DNA of 64,000 nt from assembly GCA_030141605.1 (NCBI GenBank), contig JAQGDQ010000136.1, positions 310,001 through 374,000 on the forward strand, read 5' to 3'. Position 1 is the stretch's first letter, and each line of letters begins with the position of its first letter. Shown here piece after piece: positions 37,801 to 52,300 of the stretch. This DNA is from Tubiluchus corallicola. Its lineage: Eukaryota > Animalia > Priapulida. The translations under genes and the position numbers were made by a program. The notes below the pieces were generated by a model. The model saw only the letters and a list, made by a program, of their open reading frames with translations, was not told the origin of the DNA and did not search any database.

Positions 37801-40800
37801 ATGTGAAAGAGGAGACAGTATTCGTGCACTCATCTCGTGGACTTGAGGCACAAGTTGCGATTCTGCCGCAGGAACAATTCGGGCACTAATATCATGTACT
37901 TGTGGCACTGTAGATTGTTTGTCCAGGGTACTTGTTTCACTAGGGCAATGAGGTAAATATATATTATGGGAATGTGTAATGAGAGGAAAGTCAAAGGAAC
38001 TTCCTTTTACACTTTCTGCATATTTGGTTTGAATGTCTGAGTCTGTATGTTTAATGGGTTCATAACATTTTTGCCACCATTTAGGACTACTTATTTCTCT
38101 ATCAGCATTACCACTACCTTCCAGTTTACGTTCTTCTGAGAATACCTGACGAACATACGGACTTTCCAACACGTTTTTAAGATTGGTTTCAGAGGAACAT
38201 TCCATATCAGTTTGGGAATAAGAGAGAGATTTGTGTCTTTCAACTGTCTTTGCATTCTCGGCAACATCTGACAACAAGTGCAAATTTTCAGTAAAGCTTT
38301 GTAAACTTTGTATTAGTTCTTCTTCAATAATGGAAGCTTTTCCGTCAAGCTTTTTGACAGGTCTATCATTTAATAAGTGGATATCATGTTTTAAATCATC
38401 ACCATTCTCTTGATTTAAGTGCTGAGAATCATTGGAATTTTCACGAAAATCTTCAAAACTTGCAGGTGAAAATGACCTTATCAAAGGATCATCATAACTT
38501 AACCAAGAAGGCGACATGCTCGACAAATGAGAAAGGGGACTAAATGAACTACGGGATAAGGTACTACGAGGACTAAGGCCACTAGGTGGTCTTTCCTCAG
38601 TACAGGGAAGCGTCACGGGAACGTCATTATGCATAACAGTGGAAATGTACTTGGATTCAGTAGCCAGTTGTTTCGATAATTCAAAATCATAGATTTCTTT
38701 TTCAAATGTTTTTGCATCGCTGATCATTTCGTCACACAATGCAGACGCAATCACAGTTTGACGATCTTCGTTCTCTCTTTCTACCCAATCATAATCGGAA
38801 TGTTCATCAATTTCATCATCGTTTAAATGAACTATGTTTGACTTGTCATCAGCTGTAAAAACTTCATCACAGAATTCTTCTAATTCTTCAACTTCTTCTA
38901 GCAGTTCACCAACATCATCTATTGCATCAACAATAACAAGCTCTTCATCAATGATAAGCATATTATCAGTCTCGGATGTTAATGCTGACCTTTTTAGCAA
39001 TTCTAAATCTTCAGTTTCACTTAAGAGTTCTGCTATATCACAAATTGCTTCTAAAGTAATTGCTTCTTGTCCAGCACTAGCTAACTCATTAAAAACATTT
39101 GCTTCTGGCACTACAGTAGATACACTGCTACCAATGGGTTCATCTCCAACAAAGTTTGGCGAAAGTGCTTTACATTTATCACTGTTGTCAAGACATGCTT
39201 TTCCAAAAGTACCACTCTTATCTGTTATCACCCAGTCCTCAGTGCGCACTTCTTCTGGTACACCATCTTCAACAGTTGAATGAATAGTGGCACCCATTTG
39301 TAACAATTTGCTGCCTTCATTACTATCTTTCAGGTTATCATGAGTTTCCAAGTTTATACCATCATGCTGCTGGTGGCATTCACATGCAATCATTTGGTCT
39401 GTACAAAAGTTTTCTACTTTTTTGGATAAAACTACAAACTGTTCTTTGTCTTCCTTAAAAACTTCTTTCTTGATTTCAGCAGCAGGACTTGCAACAAGGC
39501 CCATCACAACACAGTGAACATCTGCTTTTTCATTGAATTTGTCAGAGTCCTCAATAATTTGTAAATCACCCCAAATTTCATCACTAATTTCTGAAGACGA
39601 TGAAAAACTATCTCGTCTTACAGCTGCATCAATATCTCTATCGGAGAAGTCTTCTTTTTCAGACAATTCAACTTCTGCTTTTTCCTTGACACCATTACCA
39701 CATGGACTTTGTTGCACATGTTCATCAGTTAAAACTTCTTCTACTGGAACTTCTGTTATCTTACAATGTTCAACCTCCTTTTCTTTCCCACCTACATCAA
39801 GTCTCGCACACACTTCTAAATACTCATGCTCAACTGTTTGTTCCCGACAGACACTGTCGTCATGTACTGTCTCGTCACCCAAATGATCAGGCTTGAAGGG
39901 AACATCAATTTTTACCGCCCCTTTTGGAGAAGGCAGATCACTTTCTGAACTTCCTGATAATGATTCATGTTGCCTTGATGGTAATGAAACTGTGTGACTG
40001 ACCTCATAAGTGGCCACAGTAGAAGATGTGGCAGTTAAATAAGCACAAGCTAAACTGTCGCCAATTGAAATAAAGTCAGGCAGATGGTCTTGCTTAATTG
40101 AGTCAGCATCTTTAACAGGACAAACTTCTTCTGAAATTGATGTGTCAGAAACATCGGCAATATCCTTTTCTACTTTTAGTGATTCCCTTCTCTCTTTCTC
40201 AGACAATGGGTCAGCATCAAAAACATCATCATTTTCTGTATCTGTGTCAAGAACAGGCATGGATACTGCAATTTTCTCAGATGCACATTTGCTCGAAGGC
40301 TTTGTAATAGTAACAGAAATGTCAAGCTCATCAGGTACATCATAGCTATCAAATTCAATATCTACATCTTCCTGATAGTTGTTACCTTCTATGTTTGTAT
40401 GAATTTCTTCTGAACATGTTCCATTTTCGTTCTCCAAAACTTGCAAAGGACTTAATTTTTCCATTTCTTGAAGTAACATCTGCTCTGCAGCAAGCAGCTC
40501 TAATTCTTCTGGTAGCAAATGGTTTGTAATATTGTCACTATCCATACAACGTGGAAAAAATATTGAATGATCTGATTGAATACAAACATCAAACTCAATC
40601 TCTGTGTGGTATTCCATAACTGAAAGTAAGTTCAATTCTGCTTGAATTTCTTCTGTATCTTTGACAGGAGCAGATGCAACATTAGCATTTATGTCACACA
40701 TGATCTCGATTGGGAAAAGATAGTCGGGTACAAAATTTATACATGTAGAACAAGTGGGATAAGACTGACTGTAAAAATCAAAGTCAAACAGGTCATAATT

Positions 40801-43800
40801 GTTCAATGGAGCTGTGGTAGCTTGAGCAGCATGTAACTTAGTTTCACTCAATTCTCGATGCAGTTCTTGTTTAGCTTCCTGTGCCAAATGTAATTTCTTA
40901 AATTTCTCATTTATATCAATTGTGGAACCATCAGACTCACTGTAAGAACTTTCATTGGAGCTCTCAATAATAGCAAACGGTTCATCTTGCAGTTCTTTGA
41001 AGCTTGGGCTGGGAACGTCAAACTGATGCTGGTTTATCAGACTTTCTAAACACTGTCTTGCAGAAACATCATCAATAACGTTTTTGAAAATTCTTGTTAA
41101 AGTCACGTCAACAAGAGCTGATGTTTCCTCTTGACATGTAATTTCACACTGACTAGAATGAACATTAGTAATGTCAGCAGCAACTTTTTCTTGTTCTTCG
41201 TCAAATAAATTTACAAAATGATCTGAACTGACAATTCTATCTACAGCTGGAGAAGTGGAATCGTTATTATTTATGCCAGCAAATTCATGTTCAATCATTT
41301 CATCTATAGTTTTCTCACACAGGCTGGCTAAAGTAATGTTAACTATTGTGCCACAGGGATCTGTAACTTCAACGTCTCTAACACCTAGAGTTGTACTATT
41401 ATCTTCTACAGTGTCTTCATCCAATAAAGTGAAGTGTTTATTTAACACTGCCTCACAAAGGCCAGATAATGACTCTATTTCGACATTAGTTGGTATTTCA
41501 GACATTGTTGCTGTAACAACTTCTTCTGCACTTTTATCAATTCTGACCATTAGATGTTCTTCAATAGCATCTGTATCAGACATAACTTCTTGTTCAGTAT
41601 TTGTATAAATGTTATAAATGTCATTCATTCTATGTTGTTGAGTAATATTTCTGCTAAAACTGTGTTCCAGCAATTGTTCGCATAAACTGACTAGCGTATT
41701 TGGATTAGATTCTGCCATATCTAGATTTGTATCACTATACTGAGATCCAAATTTCAATTTTTCGACAAAGTCTTCATTAAATGACTCTTCCACATCAATA
41801 TTATTAACAAATGTAAAGGGTTTATTACTATCAATTATAGACATCTTTGTATTAGGTAAACCATCTCCATTGCTTGGAATAGATTCTAAGTGTGTATAAT
41901 CACTTTTAGGCAGATCCATATGCTGGAGAGTTAAAATACATAGATGAGATAATCTAGCAACAGCGAAATTCTCTGAATTTTGCCCTTTTTCGGCACTGGT
42001 TCTGACAGTTTCAAAATGTTGTCTATTAACATCAACCACTTGAACAGTATTAATACCCGAGTTTGACAAATTTTTGTCTTTCCAAGAATGTTTCATAAGA
42101 TCTTCTTCATCTATGTACAGCACTTCACTTACAAATCCATGCAATAAGTCAATAGATGAATCGCTACTATCCGAAGATGATCTTGCTCTAAGTGGGTCAA
42201 AAATGGTTGTCAACTGTATTGATAGCGAGGCGTCACAAGAAGACATTTCTTCAGCTTTAACTTTAGCTTCATCTTCGTATTCTTTGCTGGGAAGATTGAT
42301 ACCAGGAATAGCTGTGTGTTCTACCACATTCTCAGAATAAGCAAACTGTACTTCAGAAAGTTTTGATTTTTGAAACTGCAATTCCAGTGGATGAGTTTCG
42401 GACCATGTTTCATCAAATGAACACGTAGCCCATGCAATTGACTGCTTCCTTTTCTCACTTGTGCAGCTGTGTGTTTCAACGTTTTCTGAAGCATCGCTTA
42501 CAAAGGGCTCTATTTCTAGTGGTACTAGTTTTTCATTAACTGATTCTTCAGAAATAGTTATTTTCTCGTTAATATGTTGTTCTGATGTAGTTTTAGTATC
42601 CACAGGAACATTAAAAGTTTTTTCGTCTTCTAGCAGAGTTTTTACTGGTTTTAAACTTCTTAATGATATTCTGACTATGTCTGTGTGAGTGAATTCATTA
42701 ATAGACTTATCCAGTTTCTCATTTACAACAGCTGACTGCCTTTCACCAGTTAATATAGCATTCTCGTCGATGAAAAGTAAAGGAAGTTCAGGAAATGACA
42801 CGGATTTGGCTAAGGAATCAGAAAAATTTGATGTATCTATTGGTGGCAAAGGTATGGTGGACGATTGTTTATTTTGAAAGTTTTCATCTAGGACTGGGTC
42901 TAGTGAAGCAAGACACCCTGAATATCTTAATAGAAAATTATCACTGGCTTCATTGGGCGGATATGTTGAGGTAATGTCACCATTGACATCCTTTTTTTCA
43001 CTATCAGAAGAAAAATCAACTACTTCTGGAAATTTCATGAGTGGATCAAATCTTACAAAACTATCAGCATCAAAATTTCGAATGCTTAAATCAGAGCAAT
43101 TGTTAAATGCAGGAACTTGATCAACAGTTGATATGGTATCAACACTTTTAGCACACAAGTCATAGCAAAACAAATCTTGTCCAGTTATTATCACAGATGA
43201 TATCACAGGCTTATGGTGTGCAGATTCTGCAGGACTGTAAACACCACTATTAGTCTCCTTCTGGAGATAAATCCCTTGATTTAGATGTTCATTTTTGAGT
43301 TTTGAAGTAACTACAACAGAGTCTTCAAGTAAGCGTGTTTGTCCGCTGTGAATATCTAGTAAGATGGCTTCGGGAAATTCCTCTAGCGTCTCTGATACAC
43401 AGACGTCAGCTGGATATGAAATCATATGAAAGAGAAGAGAAGAATCAAAATTGGCTCAAATGCACGAAATAGGTAGGTGACTGTTAGTAGCAGGCTATGC
43501 TACGATATCGCGCAAACATTTTGGCAAAACACACTCCGCATGCATCACTAATGAAATGTGAATCGACAAACTATTTTACTATTAGTCATTACTGAACAAA
43601 ATAAACAACAGTAACAGTACGTGAACAATGACGATCTCATTTTCGTTCTAAAGAGAATGACAACTGCATAAAACTTGTGACTGGCACTTCGCAAACTTGT
43701 AGCAGAATACAGGATGAATGTCCAAGAAAGAAATAAAACTACCAAGCAATAAAATAAAATCGACAACCATGAGTAACGAACCGATTAGTAAAAGAGAATG

Positions 43801-46800
43801 AGAATTTGACTCAAATTTGGTAAAACTAGAAGAGCTGAAGACTGGACAAACCTATGCAATGAAATTATTTATACTATGAAAAAATGTAACTACAGAGAAC
43901 ACACTAAAGTGAAAAAAGTGAGATGAGTTGAAACTGAACCAGGTACTAAACTATACCGACGTAATAAGCTACCATAACCAGAATTTAAAAAAAGCACAAC
44001 CCCAAGATGAGAGGGTTTTGCATTTTACAACTACTTGGTAAGTTAACGTTTAGAAGCGATCTAGTTATAGTGCTTGGGACAATACTGTTTCTCCAGCTTA
44101 CCTTTTAAAGTGTCGTAGCAATCAATAAATTTTTCTTCGTCACTGGAACTAGAACTGCCACTCGATTTAAAAGATTGTTCGGGCACTGAAATACCTTTCT
44201 CTGCATTTTCACCTTTGTTCTCATTACTGCTACTGACACTTTTACTGGAAGATGCATTAGCGACATCAGGTGGAACACGAGTTGAGTGATAGGTGGGTAT
44301 CTTAGAAGAGCTTCTACAAGGCTGTGAAGATAATGAACGATTTTCTACACTGTAAATTTCTTGCATGGGATACTGAGACTGTAATGCACCTGTCTGTAGT
44401 ACAGGGATTTTAGAAGTAACTTTAGTATGATTAGAAACTGACTCTGGTGTTGTCGGACTGCCACAGGACAAATGCAGAGGTTTATATGTGGGAATTTTAG
44501 ATGGGCTAGTGAACTCAACTGTGTCAGGTGCCTTGTCATGTTCAGGTATTTGGAGAGATGTTGGTCTAGATACTTCACGTCCAGGAGACAAAGTACTAAA
44601 ACTAGCAAAAGTTCTAGGACGTGTTGGAGAATGCATTATAGGACTGGTATACGAAAGATTTCTGTCTGATAGGGTATTCGTTTTGGTATGTGGACTTAGT
44701 TGCTCCGAAGACCTATTTGGTGAAAGTGGCAGACTGGTCTGCACAGAAGTAACCACAGAAAGTTTTTCATGAGGTGGTACATTTGCACTTGCTTGCAATT
44801 GATGACTTGCAGTTGTTTCCTCTGTAACTGTTGTAACCAGCTGTGATATGAACACTTCCTTTGGTTCAGACGTGTTTTCTGACATGCTACTTAGAACACA
44901 GTGGTGATCAAGAACTTCTTTGGTTCTTTTAACTTCCTCCCGAACTAGCCGACCAAAGTGGTCGACATATTCTTTAGAACTGACCTCTACTGGTCCTGCA
45001 ACTAATAGAAGTGGATTTATCACTAAGTGTGAGCCAGATTTAAATGAAGGATGTGTTAATAAGAAACTACCCAGGAGGAAACTGACGGATTTTAACAGCA
45101 ACTATGTTAAGAGCAGTTACTCATACTAGACTTCAAAAAAATGGAAACCAGCTTCAAAATAAGATGTTACATAAACTGAACCAACCAATATTAGATGCGA
45201 AGTTTTTTAATAGCCTTGACGACAGAGCACCGACACCAAGTTCTTGAAATGTGATATGAATTCAAGCACAGTTTAATCCTAAAGCAAGCTTGAAAGAGTA
45301 AGTTAAAGAAGCTAGATAACATAACACTTTATTTTTCCAAAAACTCAACAACAGACTAAGGCAAGTAGTCCATCATGCGATAAGCTAACAGGTCGCATAT
45401 ACGATTCTGTAAGCAAAATCAACATAAATGGACAACCTAATTCCACCTGGGAAATTATTGTAATTCTTTGTCAGTAGTACGAGAAGAACTGTGTCAACAG
45501 CAGTAAAAAGGGAATCGAGAAATAAGTCCAGATTTCAACCACCACCAAGGTTTCATAATCAACAGTTTCATGAAATCAATAGGAAAGTTTTCCTTGTTGA
45601 CTCATGCAGCTAATCCTAGAATTAACAAATCCGTGCAAGACTTATTAATGAGCAAATATAAGCAGAGTTAGACAATAAAATTAGGTTTCTGTTTTTATAG
45701 GCTGCTAAAATTGATCAGCTATCATGCAAGTCATTGAAAAACTCAGCCTGATACTCAAACACTTTATTTTGCCAAACGCACAACAATACTTTTAATGTAT
45801 TGGATGCACATTATACTAAGCATCGAACTATTTGTGCCAAAACCCACCAGTCTGATTACTGTTGTATTAAAATTAGTTGCAAAGTTAGCATCACTATATA
45901 AAGCATAAATTAGAATCATAACCCATGCACAACCAAGGTAGATCTCCATACACATGAATTAATACCAAAACACAACGATCAACAAAATCCATCAAATATA
46001 TGAATGTCTGTTATTTGCAGCCTATGAAAGTCCATGTAAAAACATTGTCATGTAAATACAACTCAAACTAAGATTTCCACTTTATTGTGATGATCTATTG
46101 TTAACCGAAAAACAATGTTTGGTCCAGCTAAAATGGAATCATCTTCGTGGATATCCAATTACCATCTTAGTACCAAGAAGATATTATGTATAACCACCAT
46201 GGCTCTTGGTTAATCAAGTTAATTTGCTAATAACAGATCTGAGATGCATGTTAATTTATTCATTGTCAGAAAGCTAGGTTCAATTAGTGTTTGTTAGTAA
46301 CCAACATTATGCAGTTGGATTTATGCAAAACATGCAGTAGAACATTTAGTCACCTAGCCCATTTCTACAAAGTATCAATGGCAGATGTGGAAAGTATAAT
46401 TCACATTTAGTGAACTACTAATTATGAACTTAGTTTGCACAGACGCTTACTCTGTTAAGATATATATGGACAACAAATATTATAAATTTATCAATTTAAA
46501 CCATTTTGACACAATAATAAAAATTAAAGACACAAGGATTCTTATTACAAATTACAGACAACGGATCCTTATTAAAAATTACAGACATACGGATTCTTAC
46601 AAGAAAAAATGTATTAAGCCAGCAACAATTGCATCTGAATGTGCAATTAAAAATTAGGCAGGGGGTATTAAAGCAAACTGATAGACAAATTGATACACTT
46701 TGCAGAACAAAATAGCGCCAGCTCCTGTTAGTATCAGTTTAGTTAGAGGTCAGTATTTATGCTTAGGCAGTTTATTCAGTAACAGTTGCCATGGTTAACG

Positions 46801-49203
46801 CACTAAACTGCCTGAATGTGCAGAGACTTGTTAGAAATTATTGTGTACGTTGAAAGAGAAGTGCAGAGGGTGCGAAATGCAGAACTAAGTATTCCCAGGT
46901 TTCTCATTAGCTTCTGTGCACTAAGCAGAACAAGTTGTTAGGAAATCATCAAAAAGCTGATGTGAAGGGATGAAAAAATAAAAAAGCAGGACAAATTGCA
47001 AAAAAATATAGAAGCATGCAAGGCACCAGACTATACACTGTATATTGACTGAAAATCTTACATGTTTTTCGATTACTGTGATGGTGGTACATTACTGTTG
47101 ATCTGAATGCACGTATTCGTCTGTATGTGGCCTTTAACACGAGTGTACCCGACAAATGATGATGCTAATTTGCTAAAAATTCATTTACTCACCAACTGGT
47201 TCTGTAGGTGACCACTGGTCAGTTTCAGCCAAACGAGCAGTGACTTCATCCTCTGTCATGTCGTGATCACCTGCAACACCATTTTGAACCAATTACACAT
47301 TGCCACATATAGCAACAGTGATACAGGAATACAGGAGATGATACTGGTAACAAGTGTGTTGCACTTGAATAGGATGTCTCCTTTTTACAACTATATTGTT
47401 AACCCAATGTGAAGGCAAGAAGGTAAAATTGTTTTAGTTATTTTTATTGTTTCATCCTCCACTTTGTACACAAAAATAATTCAGAACCGAAAATTTTGGC
47501 AACAACAGCCCTAACTAGACCATAACCACAATTCACTTTAACAACCAATAAACAAAAAGTAGCGCATTAAAAGTAGTATGTTAAATGTTATCAGAAAATC
47601 AATTGCAATGAATAAAATGGAATTTATTGAGTAGCAAGACATAAACAAACATTTTACTACAAACATGAGCACAGATGATGAGATAGCTATGTAGGTAAAA
47701 AGCAAACTACCACCCACAAAACTGGAATATGCAAATGTTTTTGCAATTCAGTGTTACAGGCTAATCTGCAATTATATGTGACTGCACTCGATAAATGACA
47801 GTTCAATACCAAATACTAGCACTTATGCACTTTGAAATGCAATCACAAGCATTAGAACAATAATGCACATAAGAAATTCTTTAAAATGCAATCGATGAGT
47901 AACTAACTTGAAGTGTACAAATTAAAGCATGAAAAAAAATAATATATGTATATATATAATTGTAATCATTAGATCGATGATGCACATATTCGCAGACGAA
48001 TATTGATAGTGAATTTTAATATGCGCAGAGATGACAGCGAAAGGTACCTTATTCACAGAAACAGGAAATGCAGCTTGCTTTCTTTAACTCTGTACATGCG
48101 TTAGTTAACTTAACAAGAACATAACCGATTAACAAGAAATTGTCTTGCTGGCCTATAACACAGAACTCCCTGGCAGGGCTCTCTAGCAGGGCCTACTTAG
48201 GATAGATAACTGCCACAACTTAAGGCAGAGGTGTTTTAGCTGTATAGCTCCTTCTTCAATGAGAAAAAAAAACTGGATGTGACACACGAAATTGCTTAGA
48301 ACCATTTCTTCAGTGTTTTCTTGATCTCTTTTTTATTACCACAGAATTCTAATGCAGTCATAATGCACCATTTTTAGCAAGACTATATTTAATATACAAT
48401 AATAACAATAATAATAATAATAATCATACAAACATACACACACACACGCACATCTCAGAATTTGATGAGTAATCGTTCTTATAATTAAACATGCATTAAA
48501 CGAAACTGAGTTGTTACCACCAAGAAAATCCAACCAAAATTAAAGAATGGGTCCTGCACAAAATGGTTAAAAATGTAAGGGTCTATAAAAATTAGTAATT
48601 AATTACTAATGGAGGAAATTACTAATGCATGCAAAGTACACATTTAAAAATTACAAAAGAAAGAAAAGGTTATGTTAGAATTATGTACCACGAGAAGTCT
48701 AAAAACCAGAACCCAGAAGATGTAAAAAAATGCAGGTAAAAAAACGAAAGTCCCAGATGCCACCATGCAGCAGTTGCCATGGTTACCTGAGACATTTGTT
48801 TTCGTTGTCTTGGTAATGCGGGTCACGCGTGTCACAGAGCTACCATCTTCATTTGTGAACGTTTCTCGTTTCGTAGTAGTGTTCACATCCTCGAACGATT
48901 GCTGCCCACCTAATAGCGTTTTAGAATTTGGAAGGTTAACGAAAAGACTTAGTATAGCACGCCAGGGACACTAGCACACAAGTCAATATTAAAATCAGTA
49001 GGGATTTACAAATTTGGCATGCCGGAGTAACAAACAGAAAAGAAAACAATGTCACTGTTATACAACTATTGGTATGACAAACAAAAGCACTTCTAATTAG
49101 AAAATTAGGGACATCTTTGAGTAATCTGGACACCAAATGTGACAAAAAAAAAGAGTAGCAACCTAAAGATTTTTTCTAAATAAATGGCAACAATAATGTG
49201 GTG

Positions 49204-49300
<97 letters not shown>

Positions 49301-49337
49301 GTCTCTCTCTCTCTCGCTCGCTCTCTCTCTCTCTCTC

Positions 49338-49389
<52 letters not shown>

Positions 49390-52300
49390 CTCTCTCCCTC
49401 CCCCCTCCCACTCCCCAGCAGTGAACATGGTAGTGCTATCAATGCCTCAAATTTGATTCTGTTGAAGAATTGCATTTTGTAAATGCAGATTTTACATTTT
49501 ATTGGTAGGCCACTTTGAAATCAAATTCAGCGTACTTGTCCCGTTGGACATTTTTTAGCAAACGCATTCTGGAAGTTCCCCTGTCGTTGTTTTGTGCTAC
49601 AAACTCTGGTTGTAAATGTTACTTCTTAAAAAATATTCAACAATTGTCACATTCATTGTCCAACAAAGCCACATATGAAAAGCATAACGAAAACTGCCCT
49701 AATAAAAATAAACAAAAATTGGAAGAGGCCACAAACATATGTTTTCTACAAAAAAATTATGGTGCCCACCTTGATCCTCTTCACTTGGACTAGGGGGAGG
49801 AGTGGGTGGCTTTTCTTGGGATTCTCCAATACCTATAAATAAAAAATATTCCAATAAGAGCTGTGCTGATTCCATAAAAAGCTAACTGGATAACAAACTA
49901 TATGTACATGTATATGCACAATGTGCGGAATTTATTGTGTAAATTGAGTAAAATTTTGGAATAAGTTTGCATTTTCACAAAAATAGATGTTAAATATTAA
50001 CTGGGAATGTTCAACCATATTAACAGGATTTAACTATTGATAACGAGGCCTTATAAATTATAAATTGTGTGCAGTATTATCAACATGCAATTTTAAGTTA
50101 TACATCAGCTAGAATAATGCATGAAAATGCTAACAAATTAATTCAAAAAGGCAGAAGGCAGAGTAAAAGCCATTCTGTAATAGCAACCGTTCCATTGTGA
50201 CCTATATCACTCATATTATACCAAAAATGCCTCGAAGGCTAATCTTTGCCAAATATTATTACAGACAACACACTGCGCAAAGCCCAAAGCTTAGATAAAG
50301 CACAACGTCAATTGCAAAACTGAACATGGCAGAAAGGAAATCCTGCTGCTGTTGCAACACAATCCAATTAAGTAGCATCCAGAAAAAACCGAATAAGCAA
50401 GAAAGCGGTGAATAAAAAAGACAGCAGAACCTGACAAAACTGCCTAGAACTACGCTTCGATATGCAAAACGTTAAATACCAATTAAAAAAGACAGCAACA
50501 ACTGTATATAACCAACTATGTAGTCGGCAAATACCATTTGCAGATTGTGTAGTAGCTACTAGCATTTAAACAGTGATTTAAAGCTATGGCACCAAGTGGC
50601 AAACCTTTTTCTGATTGGTCAACCGGCGATGCTTCCGTTACAATATAACTATCTTCGATGCCCATAGATTCGGGCTGTGCAAGGGCGGGGTCAGTCGAGC
50701 GGGGTATAATCATCTCCTCTGTAGTGGCTTTGCGTTTGTCAGTAACTTTAACAGGAACAATGTCCTCCTCTTGAACCGCATCACCGGTTTCTATGGATAT
50801 GAATGTTAATTAGGTAAGAAAAATGTTAATGAAGCTAAACCGCCATTGCAGCCAACTCTGTTTAATTTGTATTTCTGCAACTGAAAGGATCACCGAGACT
50901 TAAGTGAAGTAGAGGTGATACACACAACTGCTCAATGAGACTTCAAGCAAATAAGACGATAGGCAATCCAAATTAGTTAGACACAAATGAAGCAAAGTTG
51001 ACTGCGCTGAGCATGACTGCTAAAATTAATAATATTAAAAAGCAGTTCTGTAAAGGATCATTAGTTTAGATTAGTTTTATTACTTAGTTCAGCAATCTTG
51101 GCTTTCAACTGAGGATATGATTTTAAACAACTTAAAGAAAGTACATCTACTATTATGCCATATGGACATTAAACAAGTAGCTTATTGATACAGAAAGACA
51201 TTTAAAAAGTTATACATCAAAGTACATCAACTATGAATTGAAAAATTGTTATATACAAAAATATGGAATACATATTAGATTTAGTGACCATTAGCAAGGG
51301 CAAGTGTAAACTATAACCTTACAAAAAGAAATCAATATTTATCTCGCTTGCATGGTCAATAATCAACAGATTGATTGGGAAAATGTCAATGTAAAATGTC
51401 TGCTATCGTTTTCAACATTTTCGAAAACACAATTTGGTTAATTAAAGAAATTAAAGGCAATTATATTGATGTCGTCATATAATGAAACATGTATAGATTA
51501 AGGTAACTAAAACACTCAAAATGGTTAGCACAGACGCCTTATAACATGTTCACTGTCAATACTGCTTAGAATTGCTTTTTGAGAGACAGCTTCTGCAGAC
51601 AGACTTGTGCATAACAGAAACAATGGCTGACAAAATTTAATTTTTGTCATCTGCAAAGGATCAAAAAAGCGGCTAGACCTAGTGGGTAACTTTTCACAGA
51701 ACACAGCATAGAACTTCACAATGTACAGTACAGTGTACAGATTGCTTAACAGTTACGGTAAAGCAAAAAAAGATATACCAGACACAAAAACATGCAATTT
51801 TGTCACTGAAAGCTTAAGATAGCCATATCAGCCTGTATAAAACATAAATCACAAACAAAAACAGATAACTCAAAAATATGGTACTGCAAAGTGCAAAGTT
51901 CATCTCTTCTATTGATACCAAAGGGTGTCTCAGAGAGAAACAATACAAACAAAAGACAGTGCATTGCACAGTAAATTATGTAGATATGCATGTTAAACAA
52001 TAATTTGTCAGAAAGTAGTACAATTTTATGGTGCACCAAAAAATGAAAGTAATAACTAACACACACTATACATGTTTTATCACCCATTTCAAAACATTGC
52101 CCGATTCCATTTTTTCAGACATTTGACAGCTGATAAGGAGATGAATCAGTGGGACTTTCAAACAATATTAAAAATGAAATCTTATGGCATTCAAACTCCA
52201 AAAATTTATATAATGTTAACCTCAATATCTAAAAGTATGTGCAAACATATAACTATTTACAATGCATTATGTAAAGAGAGACCGAGAAGAATTAAACATG

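Noticed and set aside
28417-42877. Many Ser-rich plus-strand ORFs
   Set aside because: Antisense shadows of the Glu/Asp-rich giant exons
28254-43425. Giant ORFs as independent single-exon genes or retroelements
   Set aside because: No RT/integrase/transposase motifs; both are bounded by phase-1 splice sites matching the ankyrin chain
49105-49482. ER-rich and SL-rich ORFs
   Set aside because: Translations of the (CT)n microsatellite
51525-51650. Further ankyrin terminal exons (DDKN* or EAVSQK...RRLC*)
   Set aside because: Plausible AGs, but no donor, poly(A) or compositional support to distinguish them from intron noise
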